64,000 nucleotides of DNA, from contig CAWDML010000004.1 of assembly GCA_963803435.1 (NCBI GenBank), forward strand, positions 64,001 to 128,000, in the 5' to 3' direction. A program made the position numbers and the translations under genes. Source of the stretch: an uncultured delta proteobacterium (lineage in GTDB: Bacteria; Myxococcota; Kuafuiibacteriia; Kuafuiibacteriales; Kuafuiibacteriaceae). This document shows positions 9,005 through 18,330 of this stretch, in pieces; the first letter of the stretch is position 1, and each line of letters begins with the position of its first letter. The notes under the pieces were generated by a model that saw nothing but the letters and a program-made list of their open reading frames with translations, was not told the origin of the DNA and ran no database searches.

Positions 9005-10172
9005 ATGGCGGTTCGCTCCGGGAGGCCAGACGAAGAATCGGGTGGAGCCGGACCCTCCGCGCCCGCCGAGGGCGAAGAGGAGGAGCAGGCCGCGCTCCCC
9101 CGCCCCCGGCCCGGCATCGCCCGCCGGCGCTCCACCGCGGCCGCCCAGGTCCAGAGGGACTCGGAACAGGACGAGGACGAGAACGAGGTCGAAGAGAACG
9201 ACGCCTCCGGCAGCGCCAGCGCCGTGATCGACGTCGGCGCGACCCTCCCGTCGCGCCCCGTCTCCAGCGGCGTCTCGGTCCCCGCCCTCCGCACCGGCGT
9301 CGGCCGGGTCGACGCGCTCCAGAAGTTCCTCGCCGAGATGGGCAAGTACCCGCTCCTCACCAAGGACGAGGAGCGGGAGCTGACGCTGGCCTACTTCGAG
9401 CGCCAGGATCCGACCGCCGCCCGCAAGCTGGTCGTGCACAACCTCCGGCTGGTCGTGAAGATGGCGTACAAGTACCGGCGCGCGTGGGCCAGCGTCCTCG
9501 ATCTGATCCAGGAGGGGAACGTCGGGCTCGTCGAGGCCGTGCGCCGCTACGACCCGTTCAAGGGCGCCAAGTTCTCGACCTACGCCACCTTCTGGATCCG
9601 CGCGTACATGCTCCGCTACCTCTTGGAGCACTCGCGGATGGTCCGGAATCTCGCGCACGCGGGTCGGTCGCAAGCTCTTCTTCCAGCTGTCTCGGGAGCG
9701 GGAGAAGCTGCGCGCCCTCGGGGTCGAGCCCGGGCCCAAGCTCCTCGCCGAGCGCCTCGGGGTCGATCAGGCCGAGCTGGAGGAGGTGGTGCGCCACATG
9801 GACCAGGCCGAGGTCCGCCTCGACGCGCCCCTGTCGGGAGAGGAGGGCTCGGGCGGCACGCTGCTCGACGGCTTCTCCAGCTCCGTGGCGACCCCCGAGG
9901 CCGAGGCCTACAAGAAGGAGTTCGCCGAGGACGTCAGCCGCGCCCTCGAATCCTTCGCGTCCGCGCTGACCGACGCACGCGAGAAGGACGCCTGGGAGCA
10001 CCACTTGATGGCCGAGGAGCCCGTCTCGCTGTCGCAGCTCGGCGAGAAGTACGGCGTGACCAAGCAGCGGATGGGTCAGATCGTGGCCAGCCTACGGAAG
10101 CGCCTTCGCGCCCACCTCATCGCGACGCTCGGGCCCGACGTCGAGCTTGGCTTCACGCTCGAGGGCGAATGA
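9005..10172 (+). CDS. rpoH: RNA polymerase sigma factor, RpoH/sigma-32-like, split by a single-base frameshift near 9647
   Basis: Region 2 motifs (HNLRLVVK, DLIQEGNVGL, FSTYATFWIRA). Removing one A at 9647-9648 gives MVRISRTRVGRKLFFQLSRE (RpoH-box-like), continuing into the 9786..10172 frame with a region 4 HTH (SLSQLGEKYGVTKQRMGQI). Confidence 0.8.
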
Positions 10173-10287
10173 CGCGCTGTTACCTGCGTTTCAGAACTCA
10201 AGATCTCGGACGATCGACCGACAACTCTTTCGTGTAGGTCCAGAACCGCTTTGCGTCCAGGTCCTGGGATTGTTCTACAGAACCCCG

Positions 10288-10303
10288 TGGAATGCAGGAT
10301 GCA
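10288..10303 (+). promoter_or_regulatory. Candidate sigma-54 (-24/-12) promoter of the minor pilin cluster
   Basis: TGGAATGCAGGATGCA has GG-N10-GC spacing and ends about 22 nt before ATG 10325; imperfect match to TGGCACG-N4-TTGC. Confidence 0.4.
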
Positions 10304-10324
10304 CACGACCCGCGGTCACCTTCC

Positions 10325-10906
10325 ATGCGACCCGCAGGAAAGTTTGGCTTTACCCTCATCGAGATGATGATCGTCGTCGCGATCATCGCCATCGGCGCAT
10401 CGATCGCCCTCTTCTCGATCCAGCGGAGCCATGAGCGCGTCTCGGTGGAGCGGGCCACCGCCCAGATCCGGTCCGCCATCGAGAGCGCCCGGTCGATCGC
10501 CGCCATGGCCGGGTCGCGGGCCGGCACCGATCGCATGGTCGAGGACGCGGCGGCGCCCTGCGGCTGGCCCGCCAACGATCTCGCCGTGACCGTGGATCCC
10601 GGGGCAGGCACTGTGGTCTACCCGTCGGCCTACTCCTTCGACGGGACCACGCTGACGATCTCGTGCACCACCTGGACGCTGGCCAACGTGGTCGCGTCTG
10701 GGAGCAACGCGGTGTTTGTCGCCCCGGCCGCCGCCACGTCGTTCGCGTTCTCGCCGACTGGACACCTGCTCACGCCCGCGCCGGTCTTCATCCAGATCGG
10801 CGTCCCCAACATGCCGCCTGCACCCGGGGTCCGGGTCCTCAAGTCGGGCGTGATGTGCCAGTCCTCCAGTGCCGCCGGGGGATGCGACGAAAGTACGGGT
10901 TGGTGA
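10325..10906 (+). CDS. Type IV minor pilin, FimU/FimT/GspH-like
   Basis: Class III signal KFG|FTLIEMMIVVAIIAIG with Glu5; C-terminal Cys pair. Confidence 0.85.
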   Translation: MRPAGKFGFTLIEMMIVVAIIAIGASIALFSIQRSHERVSVERATAQIRSAIESARSIAAMAGSRAGTDRMVEDAAAPCGWPANDLAVTVDPGAGTVVYPSAYSFDGTTLTISCTTWTLANVVASGSNAVFVAPAAATSFAFSPTGHLLTPAPVFIQIGVPNMPPAPGVRVLKSGVMCQSSSAAGGCDESTGW

Positions 10907-10908
10907 TC

Positions 10909-11463
10909 ATGAGAACCGCCAGACACGCACGCCGAGGCATCACGCTCATCGAGACCATGATGGCGCTCGCGGTCCTCGCCACCGGGATCGCGGCCGTCTT
11001 CGGCATGGCGATCAACGTGTCGAACGCCAACCGAACGATGGTGTTCCAGACGCGCTCGCTCGACGCCTTCGCCCGCCTCTCCGCCCAGATCGAGAACGCA
11101 CAGTGCGACTTCGATCCGACGGCCCCGGCGTTGCTGACCACGGATCCGGGCCTCGGTACGACGGGGACCTGGATCGACTACTCGACGCGGCCCGGAGGCA
11201 CCACGATCGACGCCATCGGGACCACCGGTGTCGACCCGACGCTCGATGCGACGGTGCCTCAGATGCACATCGAGTATCGGGTCACGCTCGACTCTGGAAC
11301 CGCCAACTTCCCGGCGCTCGACGTCGAGGTCCGCATCCGCGAGGTCACGCACGATCCCACGCTCGACGCGCTCACCACCGGCTACTACGTGCGCAACTAT
11401 CCGGTGCGCAAGCTCTGCAATCCCCGGCTCGACGCCACCAAGAGAGGGGAGTACCTGCCGTGA
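10909..11463 (+). CDS. pilV: Type IV minor pilin, PilV-like
   Basis: RRG|ITLIETMMALAVLATG prepilin motif; second gene of the cluster. Confidence 0.75.
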   Translation: MRTARHARRGITLIETMMALAVLATGIAAVFGMAINVSNANRTMVFQTRSLDAFARLSAQIENAQCDFDPTAPALLTTDPGLGTTGTWIDYSTRPGGTTIDAIGTTGVDPTLDATVPQMHIEYRVTLDSGTANFPALDVEVRIREVTHDPTLDALTTGYYVRNYPVRKLCNPRLDATKRGEYLP

Positions 11464-12608
11464 CCCGCCGTGGCTTCACGCTCGTCGAGCTGATGATCGG
11501 CATGGCGATCGGCGCCTTCACCGTACTGGTCGCTGCGCACGTCGCGACCGTGGTCGTCCAGCAGGCCGCGCGTGGCCGGCAGGCGACCGACTTCAACTCG
11601 AGGGCGCGGGTCATCGGCCGGCAGATCCGCACCGACATCCGGCTGACCGGCGTCGGCTCGACCGGGGCCGTCACCGCGGACCAGATCAACCAGCCTTGGA
11701 ACATGATCTTCAGCCAGCAGTCGGCGGGCGGCCTCACGCCCAACGGCGCGAACGCGTTCCCCGCCATCATCGGCGCCGACAACTACGTGGGCGGCGTTCT
11801 CAACGTCGTGCCCTCGTCCGACGTCATGATGATGGTCGTCCCCAACCCGGCGAAGCACGCCGTCACGGATCAGATCTCGGAGAGCACGACCGTGATTCTG
11901 TTCATGGGCCCCGCCGATCTCACGCCCTTCAACGATCCGACCTGCGACATGGTCTACATCGTCGACCACAGCACCCCGAGCGGATCGGGTCGCGCCCAGA
12001 TCGCCAACAAGAGCGCGGTCGCGGGGACGACGCTGGTCCTCGACGACGCTCTCCAGTTCACGGTCGCGCCGCAGTCCGACGTCATGTGCGCCCGCGTCTC
12101 GACGTACTGGGTCGAGGACACGGACGGCGACGGCGTCGGGAACCAGCTCAATCGCAGCGACCTGCGACGCATGACTATGCCGACGCCGCTCGCGGGCGGG
12201 GTCGTCATCCAGCCTCCGCTGGTCGCGGGCGACGACGTCATCGCGCCGGGCGTCATGGATCTCCAGATCGCCTATGCGTTCTCGGCCGAGATCTTCGTCA
12301 AGAGGGGGCTCGCGCCGGATCCGGCCAACCAGTGGGCCTACGCAGCCACCGGTACGCTCCTCCCGAACTTCACCAACGACTTCTTCGAGACCCGGATGGT
12401 CCGCTTCAACATCCAGGCGCGCCGGAATCGCGCCGTCGACCCCACGGTGTCGCTCACGACCGCGCCGCGCGCCGAGAACGGGGGCGCGGCGTTCACCAAC
12501 ATCGCGCGCTCGCTCCAGCCCGAGACCCTGACCAGCGCGGAGACCCTCGTGAACCTTCGATACTTCGACTTCGGTACGCCGTCGGGCGTGGCCGCGGAGC
12601 CCTACTGA
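11460..12608 (+). CDS. pilW: Type IV minor pilin, PilW-like
   Basis: GTG start overlaps the upstream TGA. RRG|FTLVELMIGMAIG; IAPGVMDLQIAY motif typical of PilW C-terminal domains. Confidence 0.8.
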   Translation: MTRRGFTLVELMIGMAIGAFTVLVAAHVATVVVQQAARGRQATDFNSRARVIGRQIRTDIRLTGVGSTGAVTADQINQPWNMIFSQQSAGGLTPNGANAFPAIIGADNYVGGVLNVVPSSDVMMMVVPNPAKHAVTDQISESTTVILFMGPADLTPFNDPTCDMVYIVDHSTPSGSGRAQIANKSAVAGTTLVLDDALQFTVAPQSDVMCARVSTYWVEDTDGDGVGNQLNRSDLRRMTMPTPLAGGVVIQPPLVAGDDVIAPGVMDLQIAYAFSAEIFVKRGLAPDPANQWAYAATGTLLPNFTNDFFETRMVRFNIQARRNRAVDPTVSLTTAPRAENGGAAFTNIARSLQPETLTSAETLVNLRYFDFGTPSGVAAEPY

Positions 12609-13141
12609 TGAGGAAGAGTCGACCCCGGCGCACCCGAGGCTTCGCCCTGTTCGCGGTCATCATCCTGCTCGCGGTGGTCACCGCTGCGGTCGCGCTCTCC
12701 CTCGACGAAGCCGTCTCGTCGATCCACAGCGCCGGCCGGGTGCGCGCCGCGGAGCTGATCAAGGGCGGCCTCGACGACGGGCTCGACGTCGCGCTCGACT
12801 GGCTCCAGGCCCAGGATCCGTACTCGCTCTCCAGCTCCGCGAACGACTGGGACATCTTCAAGCCCGGCGGCGCAGGGAGCGAGATCACCGACATCTCACC
12901 GCGCGACTACGCCGCGACGGGGACGGACTATGCGAACAACTTCAGCGTGCACATCGGCCTCCGCCCAGGCCAGCGCACGCGGGCTCCCGAGGGTGAAGAC
13001 GTCACCAAGGCGTACGGACAGATCGTGGAGATTCAACTCAGCGTCGATACGACGGGCGCAAACGGCGGGTCTTTGCCGCCCGCGGAAGAACGGGTCGCCG
13101 TCGGGGTCTTGATCCCGCGGGCAGCCGCACATGCTCAGTAG
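12608..13141 (+). CDS. pilX: Type IV minor pilin, PilX-like
   Basis: TGATG coupling; RG|FALFAVIILLAVV lacks Glu5, as in PilX/GspK-class pilins. Confidence 0.7.
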   Translation: MRKSRPRRTRGFALFAVIILLAVVTAAVALSLDEAVSSIHSAGRVRAAELIKGGLDDGLDVALDWLQAQDPYSLSSSANDWDIFKPGGAGSEITDISPRDYAATGTDYANNFSVHIGLRPGQRTRAPEGEDVTKAYGQIVEIQLSVDTTGANGGSLPPAEERVAVGVLIPRAAAHAQ

Positions 13142-13156
13142 GGAAGGGGAGCTCGG

Positions 13157-16100
13157 ATGAAACCTCGAGTTTCAATCGCCATCGGAATTCTCTCGCTAGT
13201 CGGCGTCTCGGCGCCGGCGGCCGCGGACACGTTCGTGAACCCGCTGGACACGGTACCGAAGCCCAACGTGGTGGTCGGCTTCGATCACTCGGTGACCATG
13301 GGGATCCAGCGGGACTGTTCGGCCTGTCACGCGCCCGGCAACCCGAACACCCGCCTGAACGTCGCCAAGCAGGACATCCTTCAGACCTTGCCCCTGTTCA
13401 AGGACTACTTCGTGTTCGGTGGTTTTACTTATAAGGGATGTAATTACGCGGAAATTACTTCCAGATATCTGCCGACGCCCTCCAATCCCGACACCTCGTA
13501 CAACCAGGTGTACAACATGATCAGTACGCTGCAGCACTGCGGCTCGCGGGAGAACTCGCTCCCGAACGGCGGGTCGGCGTGGACGAACTGCATCACGCCC
13601 TCGACGGGATGCGCCGACGATCTCCCGATCGTGCAGACGATCCTCGGCGGGACGCCGCCCGGGATCGCGCTGACCACGCCCACGGTGCTGACCTCGTCGG
13701 CCTGCGACAACCCGATCTCGCCGGTCCCCTCGTACAGCGTGCAGGCCGCCCTGATCTCCAAGTTCGGAAGCGGCGCTTTCAACTGGCCCCGCTGGGATCC
13801 GACCTCGCTCGACGCCGCCACCGTGCAGGCCGAGCTGTGCGATCCCGTCGAGAATCTCCTCCAGCAGATCCAGACGGAGCTGGGGCAGTGCCACCTGAAC
13901 CCCACGAACGTCTGGGACATGTCCTTCCTCGGCAATCCGAGCTGGTGCGACTCGGCGGTCATCGCCAACACGGCCTGCACCGCGTGGCCGTTCCGGAACA
14001 CCTGCGTCTGCGATCAGACGGTCACCGGACCCGGCGGCGAGACCTGCTTCACGGCGGGCATGGTGTCGTCCGAGTGCGGCGTGCCCTTCGTGTTCAAGGC
14101 CCGCCAGCAGGTCGCGGTCTGCGAGCTCTACGATCCGCAGCCGGGACGCTTCGGCGACTTCTACCAGAACCAGCCGGACAACCACGTCAACGGCTCTCTG
14201 CCGAACTACTGCCGGGAAAACGTCGGCATGATCTTCACCGACGGCTATATGGGCGACACCGCGGGGGTCGCGGCCGAGGCGGCCAACGCGATCCCGACGT
14301 ACCTCTCCGTCAGCGGGCTCTCGAACCTCTTCGTCTTCCGGATCGCGGACCCGGTACCGCGGCTGCTGCCGTTCATCGCGGCGGGCGACGTCATGCAGGA
14401 CGAGCTGGCGGGGCCGAGCGGCCTGACGGCGGCGCTGCTGGCGACCGACGCGGCGGCGATGCAGTCGTCGTTCGCGCAGGTGCTGAGCCGCGTCTTCAAG
14501 GGCGTGTACACCGGTGCGTCGCTGACCACCGACGAGTTCCAGACCCGCGCCTTCGTCAACTCCTTCACGGTCCCCGGCTACAGCGCGACCGGACCCGTGA
14601 GCGACACGTACATCGGCTGGCCGCAGCGTCTCTCGGCCTATGCGATCGATCCCACGACCGGCGCCATCGGCACGTCGCCGCTGTGGGAGACGGATTGGAG
14701 CTCGGTGGTCGGCGCGACCTCGTGCGGCCCCTCGAACCCGAGCATCCCAGGCTTCGACGTTTCGATGCTCGGACCCGGCGGCAGCTTCCGCAACGGCGTC
14801 CCGCGAAGCGTGACGATCCCCGCGAACTCGATCGATCGCAACGGAGACGGCGTGGTCGATACCCATCCCCCGCTCACCTGGGGACGCTCGTACGGGTTCG
14901 CGTCGACGGAGCCGGTCGTGGTCGAGGCGCCCCGCGAGGCGCCGGGCGGCGGCCAGTCGGTGTCGTTCGCGGCCCATCAGATGGCGACGCGCACGCGCAA
15001 CCGAGCCGTGTACATCCAGAGCGACGGCTACGTGCTGGGCTACAACGCAGGCACGTACACCAACTCGACGACGGTCTTCGGGGCCCAGAAGGCCTCCTTC
15101 CAGTACGTCGAGGACGCCAGCACGGGTGCCGAGATCCTTCGGTACATGCCCAGCTGGCTCAACGATCCGAACGCCGACTACAAGTACGGGCTCAACAACC
15201 TGGTGCAGCAGCCGATCCTCGAGGGCGATCTCGAGGCGCGGGAGGTGTTCGACGGCCGGGACTGGCGAACCGTCCTGGTGGGCAGCGCCGGTGCTCACGG
15301 CCGGGGCTTCTTCAGCCTCGACATCACCGATCCGTGCAGCATCAGCCTGCTCGGCGAGTGGACGCTGCCCAACGCGGTGGACCGCGCCAGCAACGAGCCG
15401 AAGATCTATACGGTCCCGACCCCCTCCGGTCCGAGGCCGGCGATCATCGTGACGGGCGGGTTGAACGGCACCAGCAGCATCATCGCGTATGCCGCGGTGC
15501 CGGCCACCACCAGCGGTGAGGTGTACTATCAGGGCGTCCTCAACGCGACCGCCGGCGCCTCCTATTCGGTGACGCCGGTCTGCGTCGACGCGCGCGGTGA
15601 AGGGTTCGTCACCCACTGTTACTCGCTCCGGAGCGACGGTTACCTGTCGCGGATTCAGGTGACACCGACGGGCTTCGTGAACGAAACCGACATCACCCCG
15701 AACGTCGGGCCGACGCTGCCCATCGGCGGCAGCCGCGTCTACTCGACGGAGCCGGTCGCCTACTTCTCGTCGGACGGTAACGTGAACCTGGTCTTCGGCT
15801 CCGGTGACTTCAAGAACCTGACCGGCCCCACGGTCCAGAACTACGTCTTCAAGGTGACCGACGCGGGCATCCGCAAGAAGGTGGTCCCGAACACCCGCGC
15901 CGACGTGTCCAGGACCTGCTATCCGGCCGGAGGCACCGGACCCACCGACGGCGTGTTCCCGCTGGCGGCGGGCGAACGGATGATCTCGTCGCCGGTGGTG
16001 GTGGGCGGCGGTGTTTTCTGGACCGCGTACACCTCGACCAACAACGGTTGCGTCGCCGGCCAGGGCAACCTGTACGCGATGAACTTCGACACCTGCTACG

Positions 16101-16324
16101 ACATCCTCACGCCGACGCCGACGACCAACCGGCCCGCGGCCAAACCGATCGGCAACGGGATTCCGCTGTCGCCGACGATCAACCGGCGGGCGAACGTCGC
16201 GTATACGCAGTCCACCGCGGGTCCAGCGGCGTCCGAGATCGGCAACGTGAACGCGGCGCTGCGCGGCGGCAGGAACCCGATCGTGAAGCGGCTCTACTGG
16301 CGGCCGTTCATGGACATCCGCTAG
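13157..16324 (+). CDS. pilY1: PilY1-like pilus-tip adhesin
   Basis: Sec signal, vWA-like start (PNVVVGFDHSVTM ... IFTDG), Cys-rich insert, DRNGDGVVD Ca-binding-like loop, and PilY1 propeller motifs (WRTVLVGSAG..GRGFFSLDITDP, LVFGSGD). Follows the pilX-like gene. Confidence 0.8.
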   Translation: MKPRVSIAIGILSLVGVSAPAAADTFVNPLDTVPKPNVVVGFDHSVTMGIQRDCSACHAPGNPNTRLNVAKQDILQTLPLFKDYFVFGGFTYKGCNYAEITSRYLPTPSNPDTSYNQVYNMISTLQHCGSRENSLPNGGSAWTNCITPSTGCADDLPIVQTILGGTPPGIALTTPTVLTSSACDNPISPVPSYSVQAALISKFGSGAFNWPRWDPTSLDAATVQAELCDPVENLLQQIQTELGQCHLNPTNVWDMSFLGNPSWCDSAVIANTACTAWPFRNTCVCDQTVTGPGGETCFTAGMVSSECGVPFVFKARQQVAVCELYDPQPGRFGDFYQNQPDNHVNGSLPNYCRENVGMIFTDGYMGDTAGVAAEAANAIPTYLSVSGLSNLFVFRIADPVPRLLPFIAAGDVMQDELAGPSGLTAALLATDAAAMQSSFAQVLSRVFKGVYTGASLTTDEFQTRAFVNSFTVPGYSATGPVSDTYIGWPQRLSAYAIDPTTGAIGTSPLWETDWSSVVGATSCGPSNPSIPGFDVSMLGPGGSFRNGVPRSVTIPANSIDRNGDGVVDTHPPLTWGRSYGFASTEPVVVEAPREAPGGGQSVSFAAHQMATRTRNRAVYIQSDGYVLGYNAGTYTNSTTVFGAQKASFQYVEDASTGAEILRYMPSWLNDPNADYKYGLNNLVQQPILEGDLEAREVFDGRDWRTVLVGSAGAHGRGFFSLDITDPCSISLLGEWTLPNAVDRASNEPKIYTVPTPSGPRPAIIVTGGLNGTSSIIAYAAVPATTSGEVYYQGVLNATAGASYSVTPVCVDARGEGFVTHCYSLRSDGYLSRIQVTPTGFVNETDITPNVGPTLPIGGSRVYSTEPVAYFSSDGNVNLVFGSGDFKNLTGPTVQNYVFKVTDAGIRKKVVPNTRADVSRTCYPAGGTGPTDGVFPLAAGERMISSPVVVGGGVFWTAYTSTNNGCVAGQGNLYAMNFDTCYDILTPTPTTNRPAAKPIGNGIPLSPTINRRANVAYTQSTAGPAASEIGNVNAALRGGRNPIVKRLYWRPFMDIR

Positions 16325-16345
16325 CCCTGTCTCTAACGTTTGAGG

Positions 16346-17266
16346 ATGGCGAGCAGGAAGCCACCCGGGCGTTCGCCGCCGCCGCCACCCGGTGAGTTCG
16401 GCGAGGCCGAAGCGCCGGCCACCGAGATCACCTTTGCGCCCGACTTCGACGACGACTCGACGGAGGACACCGACAAGCACGACCTGGCGGCGATCAAGCG
16501 GAAGCTGACGCTGCCCTCGCCGAACGACCTCGACGAGGACACGCCCCGGGCTCCGATCGCCGCGCTTCCGTCCGTCCCGATCGCGCCGCCGAAGGCCAAG
16601 CCGACGCGGGTCAGCGTCTTTCGGGTGAAGCCGGAGACGTCCGGTTCGGGACGCCTCGTGCTCGGGACCGTCGGTGTGCTGCTCGCGGTGATCGGGCTGG
16701 CCTTCGCGCTCGCGCCCGACGCGCGCACTCGGGCGCAGACGGCACGGGAGAAGGGTGTGCGCGCGGGCGACCTCGGCGATCCGGCAAAGCGGAAGATCTA
16801 CTCCTACAAGGACGCGATCCAGCTCCAGAACCCGGACATGATCGTGATCTCCCCTCGCTCGTCGGCTCCCCTCCAGCCGCTCCGTCCGCTCGCCCCGAAT
16901 CCCGCCCCGGCCCGGGAGCGCCACGCGATCCGCGCCATCGTGAAGCAACCGACCGTGGTCGAGAAGCGCTACGGGTTCGAGCGTGTCGAGCAGGTGAAGC
17001 GCCACTACGACAACTTCGACAGCACCCTGGAGCAGGGCAGCGGAGTTCCGATGCTGATGGTGTTCTCGCAGCCGAGCGGCATGAGCGTCGACGTCGAGGG
17101 GAAGCTGATGGGGATGACCCCGCTGATCCGCGCGATGCCGAAGGACACCAAGCGCGTGAAGGTGCGTCTCTACGGCGCAGGCTTCAAGGAGTGGGAACAG
17201 ACCGTCTCGGCGAATCAGATCGAGCAGTTCAGAGTGGGCGTGACGATGCAGCGCATCGGGGAGTAG
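16346..17266 (+). CDS. Membrane-anchored PEGA-domain protein
   Basis: Pro/acidic N-terminus, single TM (LVLGTVGVLLAVIGLAFAL), C-terminal SQPSGMSVDVEGKLMGMTPL PEGA-like motif. Confidence 0.65.
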   Translation: MASRKPPGRSPPPPPGEFGEAEAPATEITFAPDFDDDSTEDTDKHDLAAIKRKLTLPSPNDLDEDTPRAPIAALPSVPIAPPKAKPTRVSVFRVKPETSGSGRLVLGTVGVLLAVIGLAFALAPDARTRAQTAREKGVRAGDLGDPAKRKIYSYKDAIQLQNPDMIVISPRSSAPLQPLRPLAPNPAPARERHAIRAIVKQPTVVEKRYGFERVEQVKRHYDNFDSTLEQGSGVPMLMVFSQPSGMSVDVEGKLMGMTPLIRAMPKDTKRVKVRLYGAGFKEWEQTVSANQIEQFRVGVTMQRIGE

Positions 17267-17277
17267 TCTCCCGCGCG

Positions 17278-18321
17278 ATGTCCCTGCCTCCCCCGCTGGC
17301 GCTGCGGTCCCTGGACGTCCCGGACCGACGCTGGGACGAGTACGTGCTTTCGCACCCCGAGGGCAGCTTCTTCCATCAGCTCGCCTGGCGCCGCGTCATC
17401 CAGCGAGCGTACGGCCGCCGGGCCTATTACCTGTACACGGAGCGGGAGGGGCGCATCACCGGCGTGCTGCCGCTGTTCGAGTCGGGGGGGCGGCCCTTCA
17501 CGCGCGCGCTGGTGAGCGTTCCGGTCGGCGTCTCCGGCGGTGTGCTGGCGGACGGCGACGAGTCCGCGCGGCTGCTCGAGGAGGGGGCCCGCGCCCTCGC
17601 CGAGCGCGAGCGCGTGGCCTACGTCGAGTACAAGTCGGAGAAACGGCGGTTCACGGATCTCGCCACGAAGGCCGACCTCTACTTCACGTTTCGACAGGAG
17701 CTCTTCGGCGACCGCGAGCGCCAGCTCCAGGCGATTCCCCGGAAGACGCGCGCCACCATCCGCGCAGCCGAGCGGGCGCACCTGAAGGCGGAGTACAACC
17801 GGACTGACCTGGAGGCGTTCTACGATCTCTACGCCCTGTCCCTCCGCAACCTCGGCACGCCGATGTTCCCGAAGGCGCTGTTCGCCGCGTCGCTGGAGGA
17901 GCTCCCCCACCACTGCGATCTCCTGATCGTCCGCCAGACCGGACGGATCATCGGCGCGGTTCTCAACTACTACTATCGCGACGTGATGCTGCCGTTCTTC
18001 GCCGGCACGGTCCCGGAAGCACGCGACGTCTCCGTCAACAACTACCTCTACTGGTACATGCTCGAGACCGGATACGAGCGCGGCTATCGCGTGTTCGACT
18101 TCGGGCGCAGCAAGGCCGGCACGGGCGCGTTCAAGTTCAAGAAGCACTTTGGAATGGAGCCCACGCCGCTCGAGTATCAATACGACCTGCTGGGGCGAGA
18201 GTCCCTGCCCAACGTCAACCCCACCAATCCGCGCTACCAGAAGGCGATCGAGTCGTGGCGGCGCCTCCCGGTGGGCCTCACGAAGGTGATCGGTCCGATC
18301 ATCTCGCGCCGTCTTCCCTGA
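17278..18321 (+). CDS. FemAB-like GNAT protein (type associated with PEP-CTERM/EPS loci)
   Basis: WDEYV..HPEGSFFH, RNLGTPMFP, FDFGRSK.GTGAFKFKKHFG, NPTNPRY...W.RLP. Confidence 0.85.
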   Translation: MSLPPPLALRSLDVPDRRWDEYVLSHPEGSFFHQLAWRRVIQRAYGRRAYYLYTEREGRITGVLPLFESGGRPFTRALVSVPVGVSGGVLADGDESARLLEEGARALAERERVAYVEYKSEKRRFTDLATKADLYFTFRQELFGDRERQLQAIPRKTRATIRAAERAHLKAEYNRTDLEAFYDLYALSLRNLGTPMFPKALFAASLEELPHHCDLLIVRQTGRIIGAVLNYYYRDVMLPFFAGTVPEARDVSVNNYLYWYMLETGYERGYRVFDFGRSKAGTGAFKFKKHFGMEPTPLEYQYDLLGRESLPNVNPTNPRYQKAIESWRRLPVGLTKVIGPIISRRLP

Positions 18322-18330
18322 GAGCTCGTC

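Noticed and set aside
13422-13462. AT-rich patch as a dif (XerCD) site
   Set aside because: I could not align it to the 11-6-11 dif layout with a TTATGTTAAAT-like XerD arm; kept only as an unexplained palindrome.
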